Of a stretch of 64,000 nucleotides of DNA, positions 26,041-39,838 are shown one piece after another. The translations under genes and the position numbers were made by a program. The notes beneath the pieces are model-generated. The model saw only the letters and a program-made list of their open reading frames with translations. It was not told the origin of the DNA and did no database searches. The stretch is from Catajapyx aquilonaris (taxonomy: Eukaryota), in NCBI GenBank assembly GCA_000934665.2, contig KZ538052.1:62001-126000 (forward strand), in the 5' to 3' direction. Every line of letters begins with the position of its first letter. Position 1 is the first letter of the stretch.

Positions 26041-26143
26041 ACAGATGGCGGTACTATACGGTGCAGATGGCAGCACTAGGGAGCGCAGGTGGCAGCACTA
26101 GGGAGCGCAGGTGGCAGCACTAAGGAGCGCAGGTGGCAGCACT
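26041..26143 (+). repeat. 22-bp tandem repeat (~4.7 copies) made of CTCF-like motifs
   Basis: Unit GCAGGTGGCAGCACTAGGGAGC at 26063, 26085, 26107 and 26129, plus a degenerate copy at 26041. Confidence 0.9.
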
Positions 26144-29100
26144 GACCCCTTACTCAAGCCTCAACCCCTCTCAACCAGCCGTTTGAGCAGAAAGAAATAT
26201 TGTGACCAGTACATTGCTCCCAAAACAGCGCCATGGCCCCCTGCCTAGTCTAGAGATTCTATTATAATCCCGCAAATCGGACAAAAACCCTTCGCAGAGC
26301 TGACTTCACATTCCGGCCGCCACATTTATTTCCAAATGAACATGGCTAAACCCCCGCGGATTCTATCAGGTTCGAAGCGCCTGGCCAATCCCGATATGGG
26401 CTCTTCTGGCAAAACATGACAGGCATGGGTCTGACAGCTGCCAGACAGCCCACAGCCCTATTTGCCAAAACCCTCGCTTCTTTTCCTATGCGAGTGCCGA
26501 GCGATGCATGCGGTTCGGTGCCGACGCATAATTTCCCACAACCAGCCCCTGAAGTGATCTGTGGCCATTGCCCAAGTGTCCCGAGGGTTCTCTTTCGCCT
26601 CCTGTCACATACATTCCAAACCCGAGTACATATACCAGAATAGGAATCTGCATCTCCTTTGAAACCAGAGCTTATGTGACTACATCTCGACTGTGGAGAG
26701 CTTTACGAGAGTCACCTATGGGAACCGTGTAAAATATATTTCTAGGATATCAGTCGTAAGGTGCTCTAGTAGCAGAACTTGTTAATATTAGCCTTGAAAC
26801 TACTAATAAATTTGAACACATGCATACTTGAACAAAGGTTAATTCTTGGTCCCTTTATTTGAAAAGATTCGCAATATTCCAACTGTGTTCCAGGCTATGG
26901 GGAACTCGTCTGATTAGGTTTGGCGGAATATTATTTCCTGATGTTCGTTCGCCCGGAGTAAATTGGAACTTTCTTGTGCCTGGAAGGGTGACGCCTTTTC
27001 ATTTCACTTTTCTCGTACATGATCGAGGAGCTTGTCATGCAGGAGTGACGGCTCACGAGAACAAGTCAACCCCTGCAGAGAGAGACATTTCGACTGGATC
27101 CCAAATAAGACTAAGGCATCAAACATGTATGGGGTGAAATTGCTGTGTAGCCATGAGAACCAGTAAGAAAACTCTCTGAAGCTAAATTACTACCTGATGG
27201 TACTCCACCCTTAACACACATTCTAACAGGGTGAGTCAAAAGTTCATATAAATATTAGTATGACCTACTTGACCAGCCAGACCTAAAAGCATACACCTGT
27301 ACATCTAGCAACCTCCAACCTCTAAAGTACTGTTAGAATTGCACACAATGGTCCTGCAAATCCTCTATAATTGACTCCCACGCTGCTCCCGAGATGCGAC
27401 AACAGTCCCACATTCCCATGACAAGGCACTGTTGGAATGGGTCTAGAAATAACCATTTGATCACCTGAGAGCACCCCCCTCCCATTTAAAATTCGCACAA
27501 TCGATCCAATTTGTGCTCCTGAAATGCTGCTGAAGTCTTGTCATCATGGGGGGGCAGGACCAGTAATTTGCGTAATCAAGGCGGGGCTTTAACTTGAAGG
27601 AACATTTTGATGATTGATTTGTTCAGAGGACATCAGTTTTTCTGATTAAACTTCTAACATTGACTGTTTGTATAATGGAAAATGTTTTTAAGGTTTTTCG
27701 CCCGGCTGATGGTTGCTGCTCGAAGGAAGTTGCGCGGAACTACTTTCGCCTCAGTGCACCTTCCCCCCCTAATCGGAAGGATACAATCAACGTAGATGGC
27801 AGTCACGTCGATGGTCACCCTGTCCATGGGCAGATAAGAGAGTAGGCCAAACCTGGCCAAACCCAGACATGATACATGACTCAACCACAATTACGACCAG
27901 TAATTGCTGACACCACCTAAAACGCCGTCGGGTTGAATTACGACCGACAGTGTAGCAACCGCAGATTTAATTCCTAAACGGAATGAAAATAAATGACCTA
28001 TAATCGCAGCTTTGCATAATATGCTGCCAAAACCTAAAACAATGGCAAAATCGGTAGTTAAAAAGTGTTTCCTAATATGTCCCAGGTTTCATAGCTCTCT
28101 GGCCCTCCAAAACAGGCCCATTAAAACCAGGACCCCACGCTGTTTGAAAGAAAACATGAAACGTTTTAGTGGCTGTGTTTATTACATGTCCAAATGCCTG
28201 CCCTAGAAGTGCAAGCAATTTTATCTGGCGCCAGAATCGAATTTACTGGCTAATTTCGTCTATCGATACTATCAAGCTATATAGAGTACATGATTTAAAA
28301 CAGGTTTAACACACTCATGTTGGCGACATTGTTCCACCCAACATTTTCATGCACAAAGTTAGAAGCGCTCTAACTTTACGAAATTCCATTGGATACCAAG
28401 GAGCAAGAAGAAGTGCAGTAATAAATGTCTCCGGGAAAGCACACCGGAAAACTTTACCTCTCCTGGAATGGATGTTTCTCGCTCCATTTGTTTCCAGGAG
28501 ATAACCCATGAAGCGACCAAAGACTTCCCAATCACACTGACAAATATAAGTCGTCCACTGCAAACATCAACGTTTGCATGATATTAAGTGTAATAATAAA
28601 CTTGTTTACTGTCTCTAGTTTTGTTTGGTTTTGTGGCAGCTTGTAGGGAACAGAAGATTGAGTTTGGCAACTCCAGATGGTGTAGCTCTCACGGGTATCT
28701 TGAAACATTGTTAATGGAACCTCAAACTTGATCTACTCTTGTCAGAGGTTGCTGACACCACAACAAATTCGGGAAGTGTCATTAGAGTAAGTTGGGCCAA
28801 TCCCTGATGGATATTCACATTATTTACCAATTATGCAGATGAGCATGTGCAGTGTACCTGCGCAACATGCCTATTACATAACTCTCAAAAAATCAATGTT
28901 TCGCTTTTCAAGCCCGAACCACAAAAAATGCATAAGTATAATAGCAGCATATAGTGACGCATTATAAATTCAGCACAAAGCTCGATGTTTGTTTTCATAC
29001 ATTTTGCACATCCAATATTTGCATGTCCTACTACAAAAGGGGCCACCTTCAATCAGCCAGTTAATTACGGTACGACAGGTACAAACCGGAAGTGTATACC

Positions 29101-32100
29101 AACTTCCGTTTTCTTGTCCATCCTAAGGCAATGCAGCATCCCTGCTTTCTGCTCTTGAACATTCGCCACCCGGGCCTAAATCGATTTTAATTTTAGCTTC
29201 CATGAATTAATGCACAACAATCCCTGTGCTTGGGGTATTATTCAACCAGCTGTAAATATTAGGAAAACGGCAGCTGCTATGTTACGCTGTAGGGTGATGT
29301 AACGTCACCTGCTTCATATACAAGTTGGTGAAAAAAAAGTGTCTTCAAAGGCTCATGTGTCTTGCTTAAGCTGCCATACATCTTACTAGAGTTGCATTAA
29401 ACTGTCTGAATCTAGAAGTGGCTTCAGAGTGATATATCTTCAAAACGCGGGGCTTAAGTGGGCAATAACCACAATGATAAATTAATATTTTGGGCCAATT
29501 AGGTGTCATATTACGAAATGAAATGTCTCCAACTTTAAAGACGTCCCTGGCCTAATCAGAATGACATAAACAATAGTATGACTAGATCGATTTTGCGGCA
29601 TTTCATTGCATGTTACCAGATTTTCTAGTCCTTATCAAGTGATTACTTTCCCTCAACCAAAGTGGATAAACTTCACTTCACAAACTTTGCTAGTCACTAC
29701 TAGGCCAAAAGTTTTCGAGTCCAGAAAGTTGGTCCCCACTACTTCATAGAAATGTCTATTTGAGTGCTACTACACTCCGTTGTCAAATACCAGCGATTGT
29801 TAGACCAACTAATTCATGATTAATTAATTGCGATAGCTTGCTCTTTGACAGGCTATTAATTCTACAAGCCTTCAGGCTTCCCCCAAACTTTTGCCTCCTA
29901 GCAAGTAGGCCTATTCATTAATGCTATGCATTAATCATTACATTCTATACATTCTTCTCACAGAGATTTCGCAATCGTGCTGGCATATCTAATTCGGCGA
30001 GGCATGTCTTGCCAACTTTTTTTTTTTTTTTGCAGAGACGGGAATGACGGACATGGAATATCTTTAGAACTATTGATTCAGTTGAAGGTGAGCTAAGAGT
30101 AGCTACTTGTGCACGTAATTTTTTAAAAAATGTGATTAACACAGGTTCATGTTTTACTCACAGTTTTGAGAGCCAGTGGCATGTACCGGTAGCGCGTACG
30201 GAAAGGCGGATGTTGATACCGCGGATGATGCATGATGGCCTGTACCAGCCAGGGCGTCACTATTAAGGGCCCAACCACGTGTCACTCGTCATGCAGATGG
30301 CGCCCTCCCGACTAAAATGGAGGACCCACCACCTCCCCATCCTCCCTGGTTCACAAGCCGGCTCCGACTGCCTCTCTCCATCCCCCTGGTCCCCCTGAAT
30401 AAAACCCACTGTCACCAGTCGCACCGTCTGGCCAAAGGGGGAGCAGGAACCACGTTCAAGGCAGCGCAGTTCAAGGTCTGTGGTCATCCGGGCATTTCCT
30501 GGTGATGCCAAATCACGCCATCTAGTGATAGCGTCACCTAACTATAAACGACACTTGACCACATGCAAAGTGCAGTACCACTCAGCAGCTTGAGGTCTAC
30601 CACCTGTCTAACCCGCATGGTCTGAGTTGGGCCCGTCCTATTCGGTGGAAGCTGGGCCTAGGCGCAGGACTGGTTGTGGGGATGGGGGGAGGTGTTAGAG
30701 AGGGATACTCCACAACTACGGAGTTCCCAACCGGCGGAATGTGGGGTTTAACCACAGCGCACTCGTGCATGGTCCGACAGGTACCGAAATTTCAGGGGGT
30801 CCGATATTGGAGCAGGACTTGAGAGCAGGAAGTATGGTTGTGGAGCTCTTGAATAGTTGCATGGAAAACGTGTTGCTCTGACACTGTTGTACAGTACAGT
30901 GGGCTTTAGGGTTATTAGTAATTCACGGTCCAGTTGGCAGGAGTGCTATCATTTACGCTGTGAGCTTGCACCTAGGAGTTACGAAACGGTGATGTGAGAG
31001 GGAGTCAATATTTAAACTGGACAGTGGAAATGCTGGGCATAATGGTTGGATTTCTACAGTGTGTAAAGCTGGCCATAGTAACCTGCAGACAAGGTCGAAA
31101 TTTTTCTTTGGGTCAGATAGTCTGGCCTGATTTTCAAGATGGTGGTAACAAGAGAAATCCCGAGGGCAGAATTAGTGGATGAGAAAATAATATGGGCTTC
31201 TTTCAGCTTTAGTTTGTCCCAGAATTTCTCAAAATTCCTCACAGGAGCTCCAATAACGTTACAAGGCCAGTTATTTTTTTCCAACTTTTAATTGGACCCT
31301 GTCCTTCCGACCTTGCAATATTACAGTTTCAAGAGTTTTTTTTTTCAAACTGCGGGAAAATAAACTTCATAAATCAAACTCTTCCACACTCTGGCTTTAT
31401 CCAGGTGTATATCAAGTAGTATGAAGTTAACGTATGTAGTGAATAATTTAAAACTAATTTAAATGCGAGTACGAATGATAAATAGCTAGCAACAGTTTAG
31501 CTGGGAAATTATCCTGTTGGAACGCAGCCCAACAGCTTTTCTTGTCTGACGGGATTACATAAGTTACAGGAGCAAATTAGGCCTTGAATCTTGAAAATGT
31601 TACATAATATTCAATCAAATGAACTGTTTTTCACCTTTTGTGACATTTAAAGTTGATGTTTATAAACAGTATGCATATATGCATCACATCAACCATTGTT
31701 TGTAAAGCAGCAGATGTAGGCCTATATTCTTCATAATATCCATGCAAGCTTCTTTGTGTAATTTTAGCTTACATATAGGTCTGCCATGATTACAAAAGGA
31801 GAGTACAGTACAGTCCGAGCGGTCAAGGATATATGTCTAGTGCAATATTATTTCATCCACAGTTGTTTATCTGTGAATTCAGCAAAGGAAAATGGATGAT
31901 GTAGAAGAGGAATGAAGATGGATGGCTCTCCCAGATTGCTGCAATGTAATTTCCGTCCAACTTTTTTTTTACTTAGATAGATATTGTTACAGGTTTTGTG
32001 GATTCGCCATAAAAGAACCTATTAATCATTAATCATTTACGACCTTTAATTCCTAAGCTCTTACCCTACACTCAGCCATTTGAAGCTGACCATAACATGA

Positions 32101-33279
32101 GAAATTCCATCAGCAAGTCATGCACCATAGAGCATGCTTATGGGACAACCATGTCGCCTGACATTTCGTCAACACTTGTGATTTCCACGTGGCAAATTCT
32201 AGAACCGCTGAATTATTTCCACCAGCTAAATTGAAATTGGATTGCACACAATCCTAGGGGATGAGCGAATTTACACCGCATTACCCACTGCGCTTTTCGC
32301 ATCTTCATTAATTAATTATACGCGTGCAAAAACACTACTGTTATTTCCCCCACTTCCTAATTAATTTTGGGGCGGTTCTTAAACTAAATTCTAAACACTG
32401 GTTTTTTTTCCAACTTGGCAGATTAATCGTCACGTGACCCACGCTGATCCTATTACATGTAACGCTAAGTACTTTAGGCGTTGCACTTTCCATTGTTGCG
32501 TCACGTCATGTATCTTTGAAGGCATCGTCGGAATTTTGACGAAGAGAAGGCGAGACGGAGGCTTTCAGTTTATTTGGATTGCACGCCTTCCACTTATTAA
32601 GGGATTAACAGGGAAAATGGCTGGGAAGTCTGGAAATATCCTCGAGATGGCCAAAAAGTTTTTGCCGAGAGATTCATTCGATTAGGCAAAGTTTCCAGGG
32701 AGACTTAACGGGATCATTTGATTAGACGAAGAGGGGAGTTACCGCACTGACGCTCACTCCGGAAAAATAATTGGGCCTAATTGTATTAGGTGTGGCCGGC
32801 AGGGCTTACTGAGCATGATAATATCCCTTGCAATGGAATTAAAACGCATCGGGTGCCATCCAGACGCTTGCTCGACATCTGGGCGCGACAATTTTCGTAT
32901 TGGATTAGAAAAATAGCGAATACCAATCCACTTTAAAAAATTACTCTAAAATTGGATTTTAAGTGATTGAATCACCTCTTGACATCGATATTCAGGATTT
33001 CCAGCTAATTCGTCCTTATTTTCTGCACCATATTGCATAAATTTCCTTTTTCCAGTAAAACATTACATACATAATTTTACATACCTTTCAATCAAGCAAA
33101 TGCATCAAATGTACATTTTTATGGTCTCTTTGCATTGTAATTATTAGCTCATTATCATGCATTGATTGCATTACTCATTTTCATGCATTACATTGAATAA
33201 ATATATGCTTGCGTGTATTAATTATTATCATGCATTAACACTGCAAATTTTTATGCATTCCACGGAGTTGTTTGATACG

Positions 33280-33362
33280 CGTCCCGGACTTTTCGCCCCC
33301 GCCGTTTCGCCCCCGGACTTTTAGCCCCCGGCATATTGGCCCCCGTGACAATTTCACCCCAG
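33280..33362. repeat. ~15-bp subterminal-type repeats (one arm of a MITE)
   Basis: GGACTTTTCGCCCCC / GCCGTTTCGCCCCC / GGACTTTTAGCCCCC / GGCATATTGGCCCCC / GACAATTTCACCCC; no partner arm found. Confidence 0.6.
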
Positions 33363-35225
33363 GCATAAAAAAATTCATATGTAAATATCTTGTAGCATTA
33401 CTCTTAGGTACTAACAAGTGAGTGCATTAATTCTCAAGAGTGAACCAAGTGAATTATTACATCCATGGTTGCCAGATAATGCTCCAAAATCTGAACTTGA
33501 GCAAGCTATACTTCCGGATACAGTAATACGATCCATCTGATATGGAACGAAGCACTAGCAAGATTCGGACTTTTCCAATTTCCTTCTAAAAAAAATGTGC
33601 TTCAACGGACGCAACTCTGGTCTATCACTCAACTGGCAGTTTCCTCCGGGAAATTTCTTTTCCTCCAACTCCTGATAAAGCTAGATGGGACCGAAGAGTC
33701 CAACGACTGCCATGTCAGGAAATGTTTCTAGGAGGCCAGAAGATAAACCAAATGGTGTACTACTAGAGGTAGGGGGAAAAAAAGTCTACTCCGAAGCAAA
33801 GTGGGCCATCTGATGAAGTAAACAGGTCAGGATTTTGCAGACTACAAGTCTTTCAAAATGGCCTGATTGCCATCAACCACACAACCAGAGCCCTTCATCT
33901 TACCTTAGATCCTTGTTTGCACTCGGGGGAATCTGGCTTCCCTAGGTGGGAAAGTTGGCCCAAACCCATCCTACGACATAATGAGAAGCGAAAATTGCCT
34001 CTTTGCACCTGGGTCTTTCTTATTAATTGGTGTAAGGGAGGCGAAGTTTGCTCTTCGGTTTTTAGGAAAGTGCTCAACTTTGACTACATTATTGGAGGGC
34101 TTTGTTGCCATTTTTGGTGCCGCTACGGGGGGCTTTAAAAAGGCCTCTAGCGTCCTACATATAGGACGCTTGTACAAATGTTAGATTTGTAGCAAATTGC
34201 TCATTCAAAAATATGTTAAAAATTATACAAAACTCACACTAACAATAGCTTCAAGCATTTTAATCCGATCTGATAGATACTAACCATGTAAAAATTAAAT
34301 CGGTTAATGATGCACAAACTGCGCAAAAATAACGTTGCATAATTCCCATCTGTCCCTCTTCAAATTACAAGCCGCACGTGCAGCATAAATAGCACCATAT
34401 GCACATCTCATGAGGCTACAAAAATTTGCCCTTTTCCTTCCTCTTCAAAAATAGAAACGTGCGAAAAACAAGCTCATTGCATAGTAATAGAGCAATCTGT
34501 CCTTGGCATTAACGTGTGTGGTGGTAGTACTGTACACAGAACAGCAGGTCATGGTCGTCGTATTTTCACGGGAAAAAAAATATATTCGCTTCTCTGGCAA
34601 TGCCCTCAAACTTCAGGCTTCCGTCGAAGGCCGTTACGACCTTTTACGACGAAGCAACACGTATAAGAGCAGATGAGATCCCGAGGGAAAAAGTCTAAAA
34701 GAGAAGAAGGGACGAGGGTAAAAAAAAATCATAAAAGTACCTTTCCGTGCTCGGTGTCCCGTACGTGACGTATTGTGAAGTCGACGCGTAAAACTATCCA
34801 TGGAGAAGATTTCGATCATTGTGGTTCACTATTGATGGACTGAAATTCTGACCTCATTCTCTAGGTCCTGTCCCGTTATTTTCAACTCTTGAAAAATGCA
34901 CTTTTGGCAACATGGCAATGTTGACTGTTTGGAACCTTCTTGTCGCCATCTGGCGGCACCAAAAGTGTGAGAGGGAACCACACCTTCTCTCGAAAAGTTT
35001 TGGAAACATTCCTCCATTGACCCTGGCATCCCTTCCCGTCGCCCCACTTTCTTTACACCAAGATGACGAATGCGCTCCTTCCCAGGACGCTTTTCTTCCG
35101 GACCGGGTTCAGCCTCCGGCGACTGATCTTTATACAAGAGGAGCCATTTTAGACTCTTTGACAAAAGTTGCCAAGGACCCCACGTGCTATTCATCCTCAA
35201 ACAAACCGTTCTTACCAAAAGGTCA

Positions 35226-35281
35226 CTACGAAGTCCCTATTGAAATTTACATATATGGAAATTTCAATAGGGACTTCGTAG
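35226..35281. repeat. Hairpin with 23-bp perfect arms
   Basis: CTACGAAGTCCCTATTGAAATTT-(10 nt)-AAATTTCAATAGGGACTTCGTAG. Confidence 0.9.
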
Positions 35282-35292
35282 CTGTTGTTCTA

Positions 35293-35561
35293 CAGGGTGT
35301 TAATCCTAAGCGTGTCACCAGAAAAGGTGGTGGTAGAGGGCGCATGTGTGAGCATTTTTGCAGAAGGAACTAGGGGTCGGAAACGCACCCTCACCGAGTT
35401 ACGCCCCTTTCAAGTTTGCGGCAGGCAGTGTGCAAGAGGCGTACGGCACGCGGCGGAGTGGCTCGGTGAGGGTGCGTTTCCGACCCCTAGTTCCAAAAAT
35501 GCTCACACCTGCGCCCTCTACCACCACCTTTGCTGGTGACACGCTTAGGATTAACACCCTG
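35293..35561. mobile_element. Tc1/mariner-type MITE, ~105-bp TIRs, TA TSD
   Basis: TA|CAGGGTGTTAATCCTAAGCGTGTCACCAG...CTGGTGACACGCTTAGGATTAACACCCTG|TA; the arms pair almost perfectly as far as ACCCTCACCGAG/CTCGGTGAGGGT. Confidence 0.92.
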
Positions 35562-38500
35562 TATAGAAATAGAACTCTGCTAAAAACAGCTACGAAAAAG
35601 AATTAACAATATTAAGGGATCGGATGTTAATTATGAGTTCATTTTTATCGATAGTATCAGAATCCAGTTGATAAGCAGCCATTAACATGTAATCTACTAC
35701 ATCGCAAAGCAAACCATGAAATCTAATAAATGTTACGTTGCTGCTTTGGATATCGTCTCTTTTCATAGATCGATTAATTACGACCCTGAGAGCATAGTTA
35801 AACAGACGTCTCGTGTGGCTTTGGTCCTCCCATTTGAATGCATTCAAAGCGGACATTAAATATTCAAGAAGTTAAATCCGGAGCGCTTGTAACTGGAGAA
35901 GTTGTTTGGTACGTGTTTACTCTCCTACAGTTCGATTGTGACTGCTGCGGAGGAAAGTGTCTTAGGAACAGGTTCAAGGTATTCGGAAAGTGGGTTTTGC
36001 ATTACAAATTAATGAGGTTGAATCACAATGGCGGAAGAAAATGTTGCAAATAGTTACATGTGATGTGATCAATGATTTTTAGACAAATAGCAGCTTAAAC
36101 TTCCACTTTCAAGGGTCCAAGCCATTAGTATGCCATTAATCATAACTAACCAACAATAATAACAGAAAGTGGTATCATTGAACCTTATAAAAATTGCAGG
36201 AGCCTCTTATACAGCCCCGAAATGTTTCGTCTCGCAATACCCCATTCTTCAGCCACCCAAGTGTCGCAATGAGCGCTATCATTGCTCAACTTGAAAAAGA
36301 AATACCCCCACGAAAATGTATAACATCCATCACATAAATCCTACCCTCAAGAAAAGCGTCTCATCTCCATGAAAGAAACTTTCTCCTCTCAGAACCTCGT
36401 TTCAAATGCGATTCCACGCCATCGCAACACGAAAGAAACCCTGCACCAAAGCAGCATAAATGAATAAAATTGTACACATATGTGGACTGTACTTGTACGT
36501 CCCACGTTTCTTTCTATAAAACATACATCGTTTTGGTGCAAACAGGACAGTTAAGAATCCTTGTCCAGTAAGAGACTGGTCATTCCCAGTTGGCACGTGC
36601 AGGCCCTCCAGGTACTGTGATTAAGTCTCTTCCTAGCCAATCCTCACCTCAGACTCAGTTTCCTGGAGACTTCAAATAAGTCTCTATAGGAAACTGGCCT
36701 GTGCTGATTGGACCTTATCGGATCTCGAGACCTGAATTCCAATAGCCTTCAAGCTAGGGCTATGAAGAGGTCGTTGTTTGATTAAGGACAGGAGGTGGTG
36801 GGTTCCTTGAATTCTAAAGGTGTTTGTTTGGACGTCGGGTCGTGAAATTGATATGAAGGTGAAGATAGGTGTGGATTGATGGATGACATGGTGTCATTCC
36901 TGGTCATGAAACATTTTAAAGATCTAACCTGAGTTTAATTAATCAAGAATACCAAGCAAGGTTTAAATGACTTTGCACCATTGTGTTGTCTCGTTCTGAA
37001 AATTCCGTATTTCATATTAAAGTAAAAGAATTTGAGGACTCCAATCGATAGCGTGCCTCGCCGACATGCCAGAGTTACGAAAAGTTCGCGATTTTAATAG
37101 TGCTCCTAGGCTAATCCTGCAATAGACGGAGGGGATAATTAAATTTATTTCGGGATTTTCCTAAACCGTGAAAGTAGAATTAATTCTGAGAAAGTCATTA
37201 CCTACCTGAAAGCTAAATTAATTTCATAGTATGCTGTACTCCACGTTTTACTAGACACACTTTCAAGCTAATATTTACTTACCTAAACTGTTCAGTTTTT
37301 AATGACATTACCTCTGGAAGAGTAATATGGCCTTCTAAATATTTAATCTTATTTCGTATTAATATAATGTACTGTAATGTATCAAATACATGTACTGTGC
37401 TCTAAATTAAATGTCAATACTGCACTGCAAATTAAATGTAAATAAATATGTTTAAATCTTGTACAAATTGAACATATATGAAACTGAATCAAACAACCAC
37501 TATATTCTTCACGGCCTTGAACTCATTAAGGGGTGGCCAGTGATGACCAGATACATGCATCTGGCCATCTCGTTTGACAGAATAAAACCGCAGTAATAAA
37601 TGTTGGTTTTGCTATTTTTAAAAACTATATTTCATCCCAAATTTGCAATAAATTTTTTGCAGTCATTTGGCACTTATTACACTATTAAATACCAACAGTA
37701 ATTAAACGTTCTGAAGAAACCGATGATAAATGTTTTGAACTATGACACCTTTTAAAAAATTACACCAGGTTTGATCTTTGTCAACTCGCATAAAACCATG
37801 CTAAAATAGGCTTCTCTCTAAGAAACCTCGTGCAATGAAATATTTCTATCGTCTCCATTTTCCACCCATTAAACCACCCCCTTCAAAGCATCCTAACCCT
37901 CCTTACACTATAAAATAGTGAAACACTCCAAATCGATTCTCCACCGACACTCCCTTATCTTCCAGAATATATCACCTTTCGGGGGTGTTCTTTTAATGGA
38001 CCAACCATGTAGCTCCTACTGTCCTTGTATCACACCAGATTTTCTCGGATTTCTTTCCTTGTAATCTTACACCTTGGTATTACTAATGCGCCTCATAAAT
38101 ATGTAGCATCGCAGAGTTTTACATCTCCGCATATCTTGCGAAAGGCTTGAAATATTCTTTCCTGAGCCGCAGTAGATCAATAGGAGGCTATAATTACAGG
38201 CTCCAGCTGACACTAATAGGCTGTTACAGAAAAGGAGCTTTCTTGTCGTCGTAAATAAGCCCTGGTGGTTACAAGAGAGGCTTCTCTGCTGCTCTCAGCC
38301 CTGATTAACTATGCAGAGGACTGCTCTTAACCGAATAACCTTATACCTGCGAAAAACGAGATACCTCTCGGTTAATTAGCGCCACCTATGTTAGGTGCGC
38401 CCTTATTACGTATTAATCGTAACGGGCGAGATATTATGCGGCATAAAATTTGTGTTAGGTCAGTCTGGTACTCTCTAGGGAACAAGCACGCAGATAGTCT

Positions 38501-39544
38501 CCATTAACCAGATATTAATGCAGCATATTCATCAACAGATGGCGCTGCTCACCATATAAATAAAACCGTTTATGAGTCTGTCTGTCTTTCTGTCCGCCTG
38601 CCAACCGTCATTTGCCTGCCATCTGCGGTCCGGGTGGGAAGGACGGGAGGGGTTGTAGCTGAGGTGGGATTAGAGTAGATCCAGATTATGAGCAGGTGGG
38701 AGGAGGGAGCGCCGGAGAGGAGCTATTGTTCTCCGGCGGCTTAATCAGGAGAGCAATTCCATATGTTACACCCCACACATCGCACACAATTTTTGAACTT
38801 TGACGCAAGATTTAAATGGGAAAACGGGGGTTTCAAATCATGACTTTCACAGGGCATTTAGTAGACAAGTGCAGCTGTCGAGTTGTGAAGGTTCAATGAA
38901 ATATAAAAATTTGTTAAGGTTTTGTAGCCCTGTAAACTTCCGTTACACCCCATAACGCGAAATGTACAGCAGGAAAAGTGACCTGTGAGTTCATTTCAAT
39001 TCCTGTGATTGGTGTGAGTAAAATGAGCTGTGATTTTCACAGACGTGTCAAATATGCTTCGGGCTAACTTTCTATGACTATATTTTACTCTTATGACCAA
39101 TGGCCATTACGTAACAGTCATCCGAAGTCGTTACACCCCAAACATGAAAAACGTTACACCCCATAACGTGCGAATTTGGAAATGGAGAACCGCACAAAAT
39201 ACCACGTACGAGTACACTTCAACATCTAGAACAAGTTTATTCATCTATATACAATACATTGAAATGCACAAAAAGTCTACCATCCCCGACGCATGTTGCC
39301 AACGGCCATCACTTGCGGCGGTGACGCTGACGCTTGGGCTTGCTCTCAATCTTTCGGCGCCTGACTTCGCTTTGGTTTTTTCCATGTCTCAGATCTCACC
39401 TTGCTCCGTAAATTCTGTGAACCTCTCTCAGAGCTGCTAATTACATCTGCTCTAGGATTGGACTGAGGATTAAATCTATAGGGCAGGATTAATCCTGTTT
39501 TTCCTGCTCTAGGATTGGACACTCACTGAGTGTGTGTAGGTGTG

Positions 39545-39802
39545 ATCAGACTTGCCTATCCTTGCGAGGAATTTTTTCGATATTTCCCTATCCTTGTGAG
39601 GACCTCTTGCCTTACGAGGACTTTTTCAGGACCTCATATGGTACACAGTCCTCACAAGGATAGGGAAGTATCGAAAAAAATACCTCATATTTACTGCCAA
39701 AATATGTCACCAAAATTTCGTGTGTTTTTTGTAGGTTAGGTTAGGTTAGTTTTAAATTTTTATTTTTCGAAAATCCTCACAAGGATAGTACATTATAATA
39801 TG
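39545..39802. mobile_element. Small inverted-repeat element between GT tracts, containing GGTTA repeats
   Basis: CTATCCTTG(C/T)GAGGA twice on the left and TCCTCACAAGGATAG twice on the right, with internal TAGGTTAGGTTAGGTTAG. Flanked by GTGTGTGT (left) and (GT)n (right). Boundaries are approximate. Confidence 0.65.
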
Positions 39803-39803
39803 G

Positions 39804-39834
<31 letters not shown>

Positions 39835-39838
39835 CGCA
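39804..39838. repeat. (GT)n(GC)n alternating purine-pyrimidine tract
   Basis: A GT run followed directly by GCGCGCGCGCGC. Confidence 0.9.
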
